From: the human T2T-CHM13v2.0 reference genome, Homo sapiens
Strand: one strand, 5' to 3'
Length of the DNA: 64,000 nucleotides
Assembly (NCBI RefSeq): GCF_009914755.1
Contig: NC_060947.1
The translations under genes were made by a program, and so were the position numbers. The notes under the pieces are model-generated. The model did no database searches. It was not told where the DNA came from and worked only from the letters and a program-made list of their open reading frames with translations. This document shows positions 1 through 23,906 of the stretch, piece after piece. The stretch's first letter is position 1; each line of letters begins with the position of its first letter.

Positions 1-328
1 ACAAATGTGCTGAAAATTCATTTGGCCATTTTTGGCCAGATACAATAACAGATAAACAGAAATTGAAATTTATTCATATATTTTGGAATATGCATATTCA
101 TTTGGGAAACAACAAACTATGTCCTATTTGGACCCCATTAATACAAATGAAATGTGGGAGAAAGGTACCATAAAAATAAAAGAGAGGTCCTGAGGCAGGG
201 GGCGGGGGGAACTAAAAAGAATGATGATTATGTGAAGTGAGATCAAGATTAGAGTCTCCAAAGCATATGATGTCATATTTTATGGTGAGAAGCAGCAGTG
301 ACTTCCATTAGGAATAAGCAAGAGCATG

Positions 329-739
<411 letters not shown>

Positions 740-1260
740 TTATGAGGAATATGTTTTGATTTGTCATGTTTTCAATGTTAAACCAAAAAAGAGAGCTGAG
801 TAGTTTTTCTGTAGTGACATAAATGTAATCTGGCAAGGCACGGGACACCAGACTTCTTTTAAACTTTATGAGCCATGATTACACTTCTGTGGAAGGTCTA
901 TGCAATATCTTAATGGTGACCTTAGGGTTTTATCATTCAAATAGAAGTTATGGGCTTGAATGTCAGTTTTGCTCAGGTCCAGAAATGATTATCATATGAA
1001 TGTGAAACACTGTGCAGATTTTAACATTTACTTCAAGGCAAAGATTACAAAAATGCAGTTGTTGTTTTTTTTGAGATTAGATGTTCTACCTTAATCTCTA
1101 AAGATACAATTATTTTGTTCATTGTGTGCTGTAAAAGAACTTACCTATTTAGTTCATTGTGTACATTTAGCAAAATAAAGATAGCAACAACCTAAAGTTT
1201 TAAAATAAGGAATGACATTAAACTCATTAAACAGCCTTACTACATAGCTATATCAAATCA

Positions 1261-1701
<441 letters not shown>

Positions 1702-1874
1702 TCAAAAATTACTAAAGAATGGTTATGTCTGGATAATGATTACTTAAAATTGTTTTCTTTGTGCTTTTCTGTATTTTATAAATTAATTGCAGTGAATAAG
1801 TATTACTTTTGCAATTAAAATAATAATAAACATGTTAAATAAAACATCTACCTTGATCTGCTGTATTGTCATAG

Positions 1875-1979
<105 letters not shown>

Positions 1980-2129
1980 TAACATGAGATTTTAAACATT
2001 CATTGATCATTTTTGCTTCGTTGTTAAGTCTACTTTGGCTATTGTACGTATTCAGAAGTATGGTACATTATTAACTGTTCTTAGAAGTTTTAAAACTAAT
2101 ATTCCAAGTGGATACTATAAACCTGAGTT

Positions 2130-2992
<863 letters not shown>

Positions 2993-3098
2993 ATGGATTT
3001 CTATTTATTGTTACTGGTGGTTTCATTGTATGACTCTTAAAAAACTTTGCTTGTGACAAGTGCCAGTTGTTAGTCATGTATTTTGCATTCATGTGTAG

Positions 3099-3311
<213 letters not shown>

Positions 3312-3900
3312 ATGATTCACCCATCCCAAGACTTTCTCACCAGTGGAGAAACACACACATCAAGCAAACCAAGTCAGAGCAATGAGAATTGTACTGTATA
3401 ATTTAAACTATCTCCTATTTATCTTTTTTCCTCAATTTCCTAAAATTCTATTTATCTACAGAACTTGCGTGTATAATTCTTGTGTACATCCTTAAATTTA
3501 ATGTAATAACATGTTAAAGATGTTTTCCAAATCAGAACCATGTTGAAGATACAAGCGTAAATTGTTAGGCTGCTATTTTCTAGAAAATGCTGTACCTTGA
3601 CTTTTTAAAATAATCTTATGAAACATAATTCTGATAAAATATAATTGTTCAATTAACAAAGTAAAATGATGTTTGACAATTATGTACTTAATGATCCATG
3701 CTAGTCTTTAATGCTATTTTCAGTAACTACTAGCTTCCACTTGGTAAAGAAAAGTCACATATCAAAGGCAATTTTTATGACTAAGTTATACCATACTGAT
3801 CCAAGGATTGCTTATTTTGCACATGAATCCTTAGATATTCAATTTGTTGGGAAGCAGTAGGTAGGAGAAGAGCAAGACAAATTAAAGTTAATTGAATAGA
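3312..3900 (+). other. PABIR3: PABIR3 3' UTR (end uncertain)
   Basis: AT-rich unique sequence after the stops; candidate ATTAAA signals at 3881-3886 and 4061-4066. Confidence 0.5.
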
Positions 3901-4227
3901 AAGAAAATAATATGTAATTGAGGCTTCACTCAATTTGTACTCAACCTGATTAACCCTGATTAATTTTGTATTCTAATTAAGTGTGGGAAAATGTTGATAA
4001 GTTGTAGTCTTTTACATTTTTATCACTTACGTTTTATTCATCATCATGACTACCGATTTGATTAAATACAGGCTTAATATGTCAGGGCTTTTCTGCGAAA
4101 ATCATGTGCTTCCAGTTGTTCCCTAAGGTCTATAAATGTTTGTTTAAACCCTGATTTTCTATTCGAAAATCTTAAGGGTTTTTTTTTTTTAAATAGGAAA
4201 AATTATGTGTTAAAAAATTTAAATTTA

Positions 4228-6143
<1,916 letters not shown>

Positions 6144-6174
6144 TTATCATATCAGTTTTCTATAGTGAAGGACA

Positions 6175-6620
6175 TGCATTAGTTTCCCAGGGCTGCCATA
6201 ACAAAGCATCAAAAACTGGGTGGCTTAAACAATGGAAATTTATTGTTTCACAGTTCTGGAGGCTACCAGCCTAAGATCAAGGAGTCACCTGGGTTGGTTG
6301 CCTCCGGAAGCTCTGAGGGAGAATCCATTCCTTGCCTCTCTCCTTGCTTTTGGTGGTTGCTGGCAATCCTTGGCTTACGGATACATCACTCCAATCTCTG
6401 CCTCAGAGAGAATCCTGTGATTCTCTCTGTGTCCTGTGTCGTCATATGGCCTTATAAAGATAACCAGTCATTGGATTTAAGGCCCACCCTAATCCAATAT
6501 GACCTCATCTTAATTCGATTATATCTGCAAAGACCCTGTTTCCAGATAAGGTCAAATTCACAGGTCCTGGGGGTTAGAATTTCAAGATACCTTTTTGAGG
6601 ACACAATTTAACACACAATG
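6175..6620. mobile_element. MLT1-type MaLR solo LTR
   Basis: attagtttcccagggctgccataacaaag...gattatatctgcaaagaccctgtttccagataaggtc pattern. Confidence 0.85.
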
Positions 6621-8129
6621 GTATAATTTTAGAATTTTGATTTTGCTTGTTTCATCTTTCCTAAATTAGTTTTTTAAAATTGTCTCTCCTATAACTCGTC
6701 TTAAAAATGTGAGAACAAGAGGTGACTATAAAGCATCATTATTAAACCTTAGATATGTGTTCAATCAAGTATTCCTATTTTACTTATAATCTTATAAAAG
6801 AGCAGTGCTCCAAATTTACCCTAATGATTCACTGATATTCAACATGAAAACTCACTGTAGTAATGAGTTGGGTCCTCAGATCAGGAAAATATATATATGG
6901 TTTTTAAAATTTATAATTACTAAATCAACCAATAACATTTATAATTTTAAATATATTCAATAAATATCTAATGAATACTTTCTGTGTACAAGAAACTGTA
7001 CTAAAACTTTTATGATATATGAGGATGAGTGAGATACCTTATCTGTCTTCAAGTAGGATAACTAAATACAAAAATAATGATACAAGATAGTCTATCATAA
7101 CATGACTATAGATACACATAAGAAAAGACACTTTTACTGTAAAAATAGGATATAAAGATAATACTGAGATCATGTAATCTTAGTATTCAGGGATTTTAGA
7201 AGTCTTTGAATCTACCTCTCAATGCAGAAATCCTTTTAAGAATTCCAGACAGGTTATTTTTTAGCCTTAGTTTGAAATCTTGTAAGAATGAATGGACTCT
7301 GTCACAAGACAGTTCATTGTATTGTTGGACAGCTCTAATATTTAGAAGTCTCTAACATTAAAAGGGGGGACGAGTGTAGAGTTTGTATTTAGGTGGCCTG
7401 TTTCATTGGCTCTTTAGAATTGAGACAAATCAAATGAGCTATTAAAAGCACATGAGTTAAGGTTCTAATTCTGCATTAATCTTTGTCCCTACTCCTGGAA
7501 TTATTAGTACTCCCACTACAGGATATATTTAATCTCATCTCCTAAATGAATTTTGAAAATTCACCTAGAAGCAGCTATATATAAATATCCAAGATGAAAA
7601 TGCATGTATGATACTTAGGTATCTGTGGGGAAAACTAATTACAATTTGCCTGAAGTGTTTTTAAATATTTTAGATCTTAAAAGTCGAGCTTGAAAAATCT
7701 ATCATATAGGTAGACTTCACTGTTGGATAGTTACAATTGTGCATTTAGAAAAGGTCAGGGAACCATAAGTACCCCAGCAAATACGTAACTTCGTTTTCCT
7801 GAAATTCCGTAATGTCTCGCAGATTTCTTACAATGTAGTTCTTAACCCAAGGGTAAACAAGATTGATTTCCACAAGTGTCTATAACGTATAGGTGGAGAG
7901 AATCATACATCATATAGGAATCCCGGAAACTTGCTCAACCCCCTTACTAAAGGGAGACTTGATGACCATGGTCTCTCAGAAGAAATGCATTAAATGAATA
8001 CAGTCATTAACTAAATCCTATAAGTTGTCCAACAGCTACATATGTGCAGTTGGAGATTTCTGTGGCTTTACTGACAGCAAAGTAAATCAGTAACATAAAT
8101 GCTCATGTCAGCCTTTTGGGAGAGTGACC

Positions 8130-8310
8130 AAACTACATTATTAGTAAGTATAGGAGTCAGGAGATCTGACTTGTAGCTCCAGTTCTGCCACTAGCTATGT
8201 GGGTCTTTGGGCAGGTCACTTCACTGCTCTGGGCTTCAGGAATCCAATATGTAAAACAGATCAGACTAGTTATTTATAAGGTCCCTTCTGCCTCTAAAAA
8301 TTTTATGGAT
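8130..8310. mobile_element. MIR-like SINE
   Basis: ggagtcaggagatctg...gggcaggtcacttcactgctctgggcttcag core. Confidence 0.65.
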
Positions 8311-9172
8311 TCTCTGAAAACATCTGCCTTCATCTTTGCTAGTATGACAGTAAAAGTCATGGTGGCATTTAAAATATTTAGGAAATTAGAGAGCTTTATA
8401 CCTAATATTTTTATTCTTTCTGGCAACAAGAAACTCATTTTACTTAGCTTCATCAATAGTTTCCTCTCTTTTCTGAATTATGAATGATTTATGATGAAAT
8501 ATGGAAAGCTAATTTCCCCCTGGTTTCTTGTTTTGTGTGAATAAATGATCCTCTCAGGATTTCCATATTAATAACAAGTTCCCCCTGACACAGCACTCAC
8601 CATAAAATTTTCATTGTACTGTAACAACAACTTGAGACAAAACAAAGATACGCTTGGTATGTTTGTTTCAGAGAAGCAAGAGAGACATGGCCAAAAGCTA
8701 CATCAACTATAAAAACATCATCCCAATACAAATTCAGAAGTGCTCAATTCACACTAAAAAGCAGACTACCAGTAAAAGAGCTTTTTCTTTTTCCTTGATA
8801 ATTATTATATGGCAATAAGAAAAGCCTTCTGACGTTAAGTTGGTACGTTAAGTTGGTTTATTTCTTGGCATGGCTCTTGTGCTTGGTAACTCTGCATTGA
8901 ACACCAACAAAAACAGACAAACTTGAAAGTTGCAAGTAGCTGGCTTGTGACTTTGTTCTGAGAAAGGAAATACTTTAAAATTACATTATCCAGCAGAGGA
9001 ACCTAATTATACTTTCCATTTCTAGTCTCCCTCTTCTGAGAGGAAGGGTTTAGTTTGCTTCCTTAACTCGACTTACATTAAACTCTATAAGAGTGGGGTC
9101 TTTGGAAAGGATGGTACTGAGGCCAGCATGGTAGGGCTGTGAAGGAAGAAGGAAGTTCAGCTAAAACTTCAA

Positions 9173-9463
9173 ATTTTTTTTTTTTTTAACAGAGTCTAGC
9201 TGTGTCACCCAGGCTGGAGTGCAGTGGTGTGGTTTCAGTTCACTGCAGCTTCCACCTCCCAGTTCAAGCGATTCTTGTGCTTCAGTCTTCTGAGTGGGAC
9301 TACAGACGCATGCCACCATGCTCATTTATTCTTTTGTATTTTTAGTAGAGACAGGGTTTCTCCATGTTAGCTAGGCTGGTTTCAAACTCCTGGCCTCAAG
9401 TGATCTGCCTGCCTTGGCCTCCCAAAGTACTGGAATTACAGGCGGGAGCCACCGCACCTGGAC
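9173..9463 (-). mobile_element. Old Alu (AluJ-like)
   Basis: Diverged reverse Alu consensus. Confidence 0.9.
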
Positions 9464-9809
9464 CCTTCAACTTGATTTGGAATACACCCATGCCACATTG
9501 ATTAGCAGAAATTTTTAAAATTTTAAATAATATACAAGGCTGTTGAGAGTGGGGAAAGTGGTGTTTGAATTTACTGTGGTGGAGTCCTATTGTCCTTTAA
9601 TGAGGAAGTTTGGTAGTGTGTATCAAAAGCCTTCAAAAAGTGCATCTCTTTGGGGATAGCAATTATAGGAATTTTTCTTAGGGAAAAATACGGGATAGGT
9701 TGAAAAAGATATTTATTGTAATGTTATTTGTAAATGTGAAAAAATCAATTATGAAAAAAAACTTACTGTCTTCAACAAGTGGTGCTGGGGCAACTGAGTA
9801 GTCACATGT

Positions 9810-10455
<646 letters not shown>

Positions 10456-10522
10456 AAAACCAACAACTAATGTGTAGTTACACTAAGATCAGTTAAATTC
10501 GCATTTCTCAGGGTGCTTTTTA

Positions 10523-10821
<299 letters not shown>

Positions 10822-11177
10822 TAAAATGCGAATAAGTACACATATCCTGAAGAATTGAAGAGGAAGTCCAGGGGAAGTCCATGGTCAAGTAAGTTTGGAA
10901 AATTCAGTTGACTTGTTTGTTTAACATTCTGAAAGCCCAAGAAAGAGGATGTGGTATGAAGCATTTTCAAACTGTTTAACCCACATTCTCTTGTTAAGGG
11001 ACAGCTTGTGGGATTGATGTTATATAGAATACCCTTTGGGAAACATTGGGTTAAAATAGATTGCAGTACATTCATTCCATGGAAATCTTGGCAACAATGA
11101 AGAATGATGGCATAGTCATATATCACTTGACATGGAAAGATGTTTACACTAGATTGTAAAGTTAAAAAGCAGTGTGA

Positions 11178-11537
<360 letters not shown>

Positions 11538-11879
11538 TAAGAAGTGTATGTGTCTATATATGTTATGTAGATATATAACAGAAAAAAATTCTGTAAGCTT
11601 ATATGCCAAAAACTTACAGTTTCTAGGAGGTAGGAAAGTTGATGGTTTTTATTTTTATTTGCTTTTCTCTTTGCCTTGTCTGTACTTTCAGATTTTTCCA
11701 CATGGACTGTCTATTACTTGTGTAATCAAGAAACAATAGAAGTTAAATATATTTTAGAAACTCATATGCAGTTATTAATTTTGTAAGAGATGGGGTGAGA
11801 GGATCCAGAATTTTGCCTCTATTTAAGCTTTTATTGAATTAAAGTCTAAGAGTCTTTCACTGTTGGAAAGCTCTACTCA

Positions 11880-12180
11880 TTTAAACATTCTTTCTGATAT
11901 GGAACCAAAATCTACCTTCCATCCTTTGGTCCTAATTTGTCCTAGGGAATGCCACAAAATAAGCAAAACCCATCTCCTCTCCAATAGATGGACTTTCAGA
12001 TATTTGGCAATGGCTATCATGTCTCCATAAATCTTTCTTCCTCTAGATTTTCCATTCCAGTCTTTTTTTCTTTGAGATAGTTTCCAGACCTTGATACTAT
12101 CCCATTGGCTTCTGGACATTTTCCAGTTTATCAATATGTTTAAAGTGTGGCACTCAGAAATGACCACAACACTCCACCCT
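11880..12180 (-). mobile_element. Probable L3/CR1 LINE fragment
   Basis: ctttcagatatttggcaatggctatcatgtctcc; reverse translation GDMIAIAKYLK resembles the CR1 ORF2 C-terminus. Confidence 0.55.
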
Positions 12181-12940
12181 TTTTCTACATTTCATTCTCA
12201 GTTTCTATAAATTGTTGTGTTAGAGTTCTCTGACTAAAAAGTAATTTCGGAATACTTCCCAGTTCAGTGTGACTGTACTCTGAATCCTATCCTATGATTA
12301 TGCAGAAGGAGCAGGACTGAAATAATAAAAAAGAAAGAAAAATAATAATGAAAAAATTAAGATTATATGAGAGACACTCAATTATCTATCCCTCCATCTT
12401 TTAATTTCTAAGGTTATATAGATGGATAAAGCTTTCCAGATCAATTTCTCATCCAGCCTCCTGCAATTATTAAAACATTAGTAGAACTTTTTACCAAACA
12501 TTGAAAAAAAAATGAGAGAGCTTCTCTACTGATGGGGAAGGCAAAGGATTCTCTGTAGCTTGGACAAGGAATTTGAAGAATCTCTTGTCCTATACCATTT
12601 TCTACTCTTTGTCCCAGTCGTTGGTACCAGTTTTTCTGGCTTTTGATCAACATTAGAGCTGAGTTAGACAAGGTCAAGCTGCATGCAGATTGATTGGCCT
12701 CTCAACTGAGAGGCACCCCACAAGATGATAGTGAAAGGCCGGGGTTCATGGTGATGTGTAGAATATCATTTCTTGTCCTTGGCATGTTCTCAGCTCTCCT
12801 GCTAAACCCAGTGTACACCCTGATCTTCTTACCAGCCTAATGAGTCCTTTGCTTTTTATTCTTTTTGCCATTCCTCCTACATAGTAGGCACTTGTTATTA
12901 AAGTGTGATAAATATATGCACCAGCTCCAAATAATACTGA

Positions 12941-14490
<1,550 letters not shown>

Positions 14491-15661
14491 ACCAATCAGA
14501 TTATTTTTGTTTTTAAAGAATTTAATTTATAGATCTTGGGCCTTGGTATTTAACCAGACACAATTATTCATTACTATTTAAAATGATCAGCTAAATGGCA
14601 TACTTCCTTCAAAAGAAAATCTAATGTGATCTAGAGAATAAACTGACCTTTCTCTAGAGTCTCCTAAAATTCTTAGGAATAGCTTCATATGACATTCTAC
14701 TTCTTTTATTTAACTTAGAAACTTGTGAAAAAGCATATTCAATTAAAGAAAGGCTGTGACTTGCTGAAGTTCCAGTGATCAGTGACATACTATATATCTA
14801 AGTGGCCTCCTGAACTCCCCCACTTACTGACAGGAAGAGAATCTGATTTCATAGATACTTGCCAATGTCCTATTGGTTAGGGGTGGCGGATATCTGGAAA
14901 GCCACAAAGCATGGTATCATCCTTTGGATCTTGGTGACAAGAAATGAATAAAAAAGCAAAGCAAAATAAAACAATAGATGTACTTGGTCTATTTCATCAT
15001 ACCAAGATCTAAGGGTTTATAAGAGCACATTGTTACCAAGCAACAAGCTTTTTGCTAATCACACTTTACCAAACTGAAACTCCAGCATAAGGGCCAGGGT
15101 TGTCTGAATCTTGTCTGTGGCTCCCCAAATGTGGGCAGGAGAGGGAAGGCATTTGTGTAGTAGATAATGAAGTCCCCCATTCAACAGGGTGTCAGCGAAA
15201 GGAATCTGATGTTTCCGTTCCTTAACTGTGAAATCAGGGATAATGTGCTTGCCTTTGGGGATTTCTGTCCTCTCCTAGATGGTCCACACTGAACAGATCC
15301 AACATTGTGTTCCTTTGTGTCACAGAGCCTACATAACCCATCACATCTGTGGGCTATGAGGGGTCATTAGGCAATGCCAGCCCTGCACCATCGATCTAAC
15401 CCCTTCTACTCTTAGCTTTTTAGTTTCCATAAGAAGCTTTTCCTTACCCTCCAATTTCCTCTAAGCGATTTAAAAATATTTATTCTACACATGGGTTCAT
15501 CTACTCCAATGCTCACATTCCAGGGTTACTACATTATATTGACTTTTTCTTGATTGTAAGTAAGCCTTTCAGGGAACGTGGGTTCGTCTGTGTGACTTCG
15601 TGGAATTCTCATTATTCAATGAGAACTAAAACCAGAGAAAGACATATCTCTGGTTCACAGT

Positions 15662-17446
<1,785 letters not shown>

Positions 17447-18606
17447 TCTAGAAAGGTCTTCCCTTTCTAGACATTTGTGACAGCAATCCTGGGTTTCCAT
17501 TTATGCTAGTCTTGTGAAGTTTCCTTTGAAATAAATCTAAGTAGGGGAGGTAAGCTGATTTAAGGAGAATAATTAGATTATCAGGTATGTGGATTGTGGC
17601 AAGTTGGTGATAAGTATAAGTGACGCCTACTTCTTCATCGTAGAGTATGTTCAAAGTCCACAATGGGGTAGCCACTGTACTTCATATCGCAACTCTCAGC
17701 ACTCCTGATCCCCTTTGGCCTGCTGTACTTTTCCTTTTCTCTGTAGAACTTATCACCTTCTAACATTCCATATATTGTTTGCCACTCTCTGCCAGAACGT
17801 AAGCTCCCCCAGGGTAGGAATCTTCTGTTTTTGTTCAGTAAGTGAACAAAGTATCTAAAACAGTACCTGGTCTGTAGTAGGTGGTCAATAAAGATTTGGT
17901 GACTGACTGAATAAATGACAGTGACATTCACGGTCCTTCATGATTTGGTCCCACTATATTTTCCTCAACTCTTGCCATTCTCACCTCTGTTAGTCATCAA
18001 TACTAGCAGTTTCCCATGCACATCATTTGAGCCTCCACCTCTGTGCCCTTACTCATACTCTTTCCTCTCCTCTGGATAAATAATCGTGGATCTATGCAAA
18101 GATCCAGTTATAAGAATGTTCTTCATGGTCTGGGTTTGTATCAGTTAAAAATGTGAAACAGCCTCATTACTTCTTTGTAAGTTAAAGAAATCATAGTAAC
18201 TTGCACTTGATGGAGGCAATTTGACTACATCTATCAAAATTACAAATGCACATAGCCTTTGGCCCAGAAATTCTGCTTTTAGGAGTTTATCCCACAGATA
18301 TACTTGCTCTTGTGCCAAATGAATGTGTGTTGGTGAGTCACTGCAGTGCTTTAGTCACTCCTATTAGACACTGCAGTGACAGAACTCATTACATTCTCAT
18401 GTAGAGCTATATTTGTTGACGTGGGAAGATCGTAACAGCTAACGTTAATTCAACTTGCTATGTGTCACTGTGATAAGTGTTTTTCTATATTTTTATCTCG
18501 AGTAATCCTCATAACAACCCTGTGAGGTAGTTACTATAATAGTCCTCACTTTACACAGGAGGAAATGGACTCACTCAAAGAAGTGCATTTACTTAACCAG
18601 TATTTA

Positions 18607-19160
<554 letters not shown>

Positions 19161-22079
19161 GAGTCTGGTGGTGATGTGGAACAATGACACAGATATGAGG
19201 GAAGTGTTTTTAGGCTGAGAGGAAAAAACTAGTGAGGAGGAAGAGCTTGCCCAAAGGGAAAGAGGATGGCTTCTGGGGCCGAGTGTAGGAGAAAGCAAGA
19301 GAATATAGTGCCAAGGACACAACTGGAAGGGGTAACCTTGAGGAGGAAGTACCTCCTTCTCATGAAGGTGGTGTGGGTGGATGAACAGGCATGGGTGAAT
19401 GTGCAGAGAAGTGGGGGAAAGTGAGGTGAAGAGGGGGACATTGAAGGAGTTCCTGCTTGATAACCTATGTCCTGTCATTGAAATCCAAAGCCAGGCCCAG
19501 TACCAAGGGGTCTCGCACAAGGATGGGGTAGGGGATATGAGGAGAGGGAGAGGAGTTGGAACAATTGCTGAGAGAAATTTGATATATAAAAGGACTGCCT
19601 TGCAGCCCTTGGGGCCCAGCTGAGGCTGGCTGGCCTGGCTTTGTAGTGGAGCCAACTTCATGACCTTCTCCAGCAACAGCTAGCCGCCTGGGAGCAGGCA
19701 ATGGAGAGAATGTATGGTGGGGCTTTCACAGGGCCAGGGATTGGCAGAGCAGGTGCTGCCGAAGGTCACGGGGAGAGTGAGTCCGGGAGATCAACGCTAG
19801 CAGAGCTAAAATGGCCGATGGTGGGGCTGACTTGGAAAGAGGAGAGGAAGGCAGGAGGATGCTGATGGTCTCTGGAAAAGAAGAGAGGAGGAAGGATAGG
19901 CTGGTGGGTGTGGGGCCCAAAATGTGGTTGAGGGAGACCAATAGGAGGCTAAGTTCGGAGGGGCTTTTCTAAATTTGAGATGTGGAAGTGGTCCCTTGAC
20001 CCTTGGAGTAAGAGGAAAGGAGCAGCAAGGAAACTGTGCATAATGAAAGGGTGTAGACAGCATTCAAACAGCTCTTACCTTTTGGAGGCCACTGGGCAAC
20101 TGCTATCATAATTACAAATGCACACCCCCTTCTATCCAGCAATTCCATTCTGAGGAATTTTTCCTACAGATATACTTACTTGCTTTTGTGCAAGATGAAT
20201 GTATAAGGCAAATCACTGCAGTATTGTCTGTAATGGCAACAGGTCGGAAACTGCCTAAAAGTCCATCAGTAGTAATTTGATTAGTTAAATAAATTATGCT
20301 TCATAAAATGGAATGCTAGGTAGCTGTTAAAAAGGAGGAAGATCTTTATGTACTGATATGGAATGATCTCCAGAATATATTGTTAAATGGAAGAAGCAAG
20401 GTGCAGAACACTGTGAGTAGTTTATAATCTCTTTACTAGCATATGCATAAAACATCTCTGGAAGGATCCATAAAAAAACTGTTGCTGGGTGCAGTGGCTC
20501 ATGCCTGTAATCCAAGGGCACTGGGAGGCTGAGGCGGGAGGATCTCTTGAGCCCAGGAGTTCAAGGATATGGTGACCTATGATCATACCACTGCACTCCA
20601 GCCTGAACAACAGAGCAAGACCCTGTTTTTAAACAAAATAATAAAACTGTTACTATTCATTGCCCCTGAGGAGAGAGAGCTGTTGGCAAGTGAGCAGGGG
20701 TTGGAAGGGAATTTTCACGTATCCTGTTTTTTTGTACCTTTTGAATTGTGAACCATCTGAATGTATTACTTACTGAGAAAATAATTAACTAAAAACATAT
20801 ATACACGTAATTTGAATCTCTTAATTTTAATACTATGTGTACATATGTAATTCGAATCTCTTTTATAGATATTAAATCATTAAAACAAAAGCACAACAAA
20901 AACTTCCACCAGAGATTTCCTTTATATCAGTCAGTTTATTGGAATAATGGGTGGGGATTTGGAGGAAATGAAATTGACCATGTGTCAATAATTGCTGAAG
21001 CTGGGTTATGGGTATATGGGGGTTTGTTTTCACTTAAAACACAAAATTGCCATGTTTGTAGATCAAAAATGGTCAAATTTTGGCAATTTCATGTGGCTTA
21101 AACTAATGCTGTTGTCATTATTTTTGTAAACTTTTCATAGCACAAAAGTTTAAAAAGAAAATAAAACTCCCACTAGGTCCTTGCTAACAACATCAGTGTA
21201 CTTTCTCATCCTGGCTCTTGTATCTCATAATTGAATGGAAATTCCCATTCCCACATCAACTTCTGAAACAGCAGTACTGCCTCCCCTATTTCCCTTTATT
21301 ACGGGACCTGGTACTGTCCTCAGGATTTTTTCTATTAACAACAATCTCTCCCCATCCTGTTGTGTGTTAATTGGCTACTACCTTATCCTTATTGCTGGTA
21401 AAGCTCATCCTGTTCTCAAAAAATCACTTCTTTAGTTTCTTATGATCGCTTGACATTCTCTTCCTGCCGTGACATTTATTATTAGCAACTTAAACTAATT
21501 TGGGGTCATGCCCTTATCCAGGTTACTTGTATTTATCAATCTGGGGCCTGATACCTCTCGGGCATCCATTATACATCACCGCAAAGGTCATCAGTAAGCA
21601 CACTTGTGTTCAACCTTTCAGCCCCAAGCTGTTTTGCTGGTGTCTGTGCTTCTTATGTTACCTTAGAGGCTATAACAACCTCAGCCTGGCCTCTGACACC
21701 TGCTAATCTGTGCCTTGTTGTCTGTCCTCAGGAGGCAGGTGGCTTCCTCTTGCTGCTTAGAGGTCCAGGCTTGGCTTCTTCCCCCCAACTTCTTGCATGT
21801 CTCACTGGCACCCCAAGCTAAATAAGTTATCCCAACTCTAAGCCTCCTCTTTCCCGCCTCTGTAGAGAGCCCCACTGACTCCCTTGCTTGAGAAGTCTGG
21901 GTTTAGCGTACCTCCTCTGTGTGCTCACAGCATCCTTCATCACAAGGAATTGTGCTTGCCACTTTGTCTCCCTGCTTCAGACTGTGAGCTAAAGGTAAAG
22001 ATCATGTCTTGTTCTCCCTTGAATACCTCACACCTAGCACAGCATCAGGCACATCGTTAAATGCTGAAAATAATATATT

Positions 22080-22960
22080 TTTTAATTTTTAATTTGAAGT
22101 ACTTTCAACTTACAGAAAATAGTATGCAAAAACAGTAAAAAGAACTTTCACATACCCTTTATCAAGATGCATCTCTTGTAAGCATCTTCTTACAACTGCT
22201 TTATCATTCTCTCTTTCTACTCATACGCACACAGACACACATATTTTTTCTAAAACACTTGAGAATAAATCGCAGACGTCATGTTCCTCTTCTCCTTAAT
22301 ACTTCAAACTGTGTTTCCTAAGAACAAAGACAATCTGTTATATAAAGACAGTAGAGTTATGAAATTCAGGAAATATAGCATTATTGCAGTGTACTAATAT
22401 ATAATCTGCCGTCCATATTCAAATTTTAATTGGCCCAATAATGTCCCACATAGCTTTTTTTCATCCATGATCCAGTCTAGGATCACACATTGTATTTAGT
22501 TTTTATGTCTCTTAATCTCTTAAGTCTTCTTAAATCTGGAACCGTCCTCAACCTTTCTTTGTCTTTCGTGACATCAACACTTTGGAAGAGTACAGGCCAA
22601 TTATTTTGTAGAATGTCCCTCAACTTGGGTTTGCCTGATGTGTCCTCATGAGAGCTAGGTTACACATTTTTGGTGGGGGTGAAACATAAAAACGCATGTG
22701 ATGGTTGGTGATGTTAACCTTGATTCCTTGGTTAAGATGATGTCCGCCAGTTTTTTCCACTGTAAAGATATTATTTTGTTTTTATGCTTAATAACTAACA
22801 AATGGGGAGATAGTTTGAGACTATGTAAATATCGCATTTCTCATAAAAATTTCGCTCTCTAGTTTAAGGATCTGTTGATGACTCTTGCCTGAATCAGTTA
22901 TTACTTTGTTGGTTGCCAAATAGTAATTTTTCAAAATAAGACATATGCACTGATTAAATG
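22080..22960 (-). mobile_element. L1MC-like 3' fragment
   Basis: tacaggccaattattttgtagaatgtccctcaacttgggtttgcctgatg pattern. Confidence 0.75.
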
Positions 22961-23096
22961 AATCAGCTGTCTGTCCTACAGAAGGGATACCTCCTTTGCT
23001 AGGATGGCAGCCTCTGGTTGGTTGCAAGAGTAGAGGAGTCTAGGCAGAGACAAGCTGTCAGCCTGGCTCTGAAGCACATGATACAGTATAGCTGGG

Positions 23097-23460
23097 TATA
23101 TTAGTCCATTCTCACGCTGCTAATAAAGACATACATACCCGAGACTGGGTAATTTATAAAGGACAGAGGTTTAACTGACTCACAGTTCAGCATGGCTGGG
23201 GAGGCCTCAGGAAACTTAACAATTATGGCAGAAGGGGAAGCAAACACGCCCTTCTTCACATGGTGGCAGGAAGAAGAAGAATGAGCAAAAGGGGGGAAAG
23301 CCCCTTATAAAGCCATCAGCTCTCATGAGAACTCACTATCACGAAAACAGCAGCATGGGGGTAATTACCTCCCACCAGGTCCCTCCCACAACACGTGGGG
23401 GATTATGGGAACTACAATTCAAGATGAGATTTGTCGGGGGGACACAGCCAAACCATATCA
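23097..23460 (-). mobile_element. THE1 (THE1C-like) MaLR solo LTR
   Basis: attagtccattctcacgctgctaataaagacatac...gacacagccaaaccatatca. Confidence 0.9.
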
Positions 23461-23645
23461 CAGAGGTATTCAATCTTTTGGCTTCCCTGGTCTGCATTGG
23501 AAGAAGAATTGTCTTGGGCCACACATACAATACATTAACACTAATGATAGCTCATAATGTTTTAAGAAAGTTTGCTAATTTGTATTGGGCCACAAAGCTG
23601 TCCTAGACCACATGTGGCCTGCGGGCCACAGGTTGGACTAGCTTG
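23461..23645. mobile_element. MER30 (hAT-Charlie) directly abutting THE1
   Basis: caatcttttggcttccctgg...gaagaagaattgtcttgggccacacat...gcgggccacaggttggac. Confidence 0.85.
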
Positions 23646-23906
23646 CAGTATAGTTCTTGGAAACCTTAAATGAGGCTGGTTTTCCTGCAAGCCCCTGGCC
23701 TTTATCAGGGCCCAGAATGGACCCCCCGGATTTCCCAAGATAGTCTCCATGCTGAGAGCTAGCAGCAGCAGCTGTTTACTCAGCAGTTCCCATGCCTGTG
23801 GGTCTCATGCCTGCCTGCTCTTGCTATTTTCCATCAAACTTGAGAACAGAAAGCGTAAAGGAGGGCAACCTTGGCTTCCACCTTGACTTATTTGAAAAAT
23901 GTGCAA

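Noticed and set aside
8832-8857. Perfect 13-bp tandem duplication acgttaagttggt
   Set aside because: Ordinary slippage duplication with no functional context.
23188-23206. PRDM9 hotspot-like motif in the THE1 LTR
   Set aside because: It reads CCTCCCCAGCCAT on -, mismatching CCNCCNTNNCCNC at positions 7 and 13, the non-hot variant.
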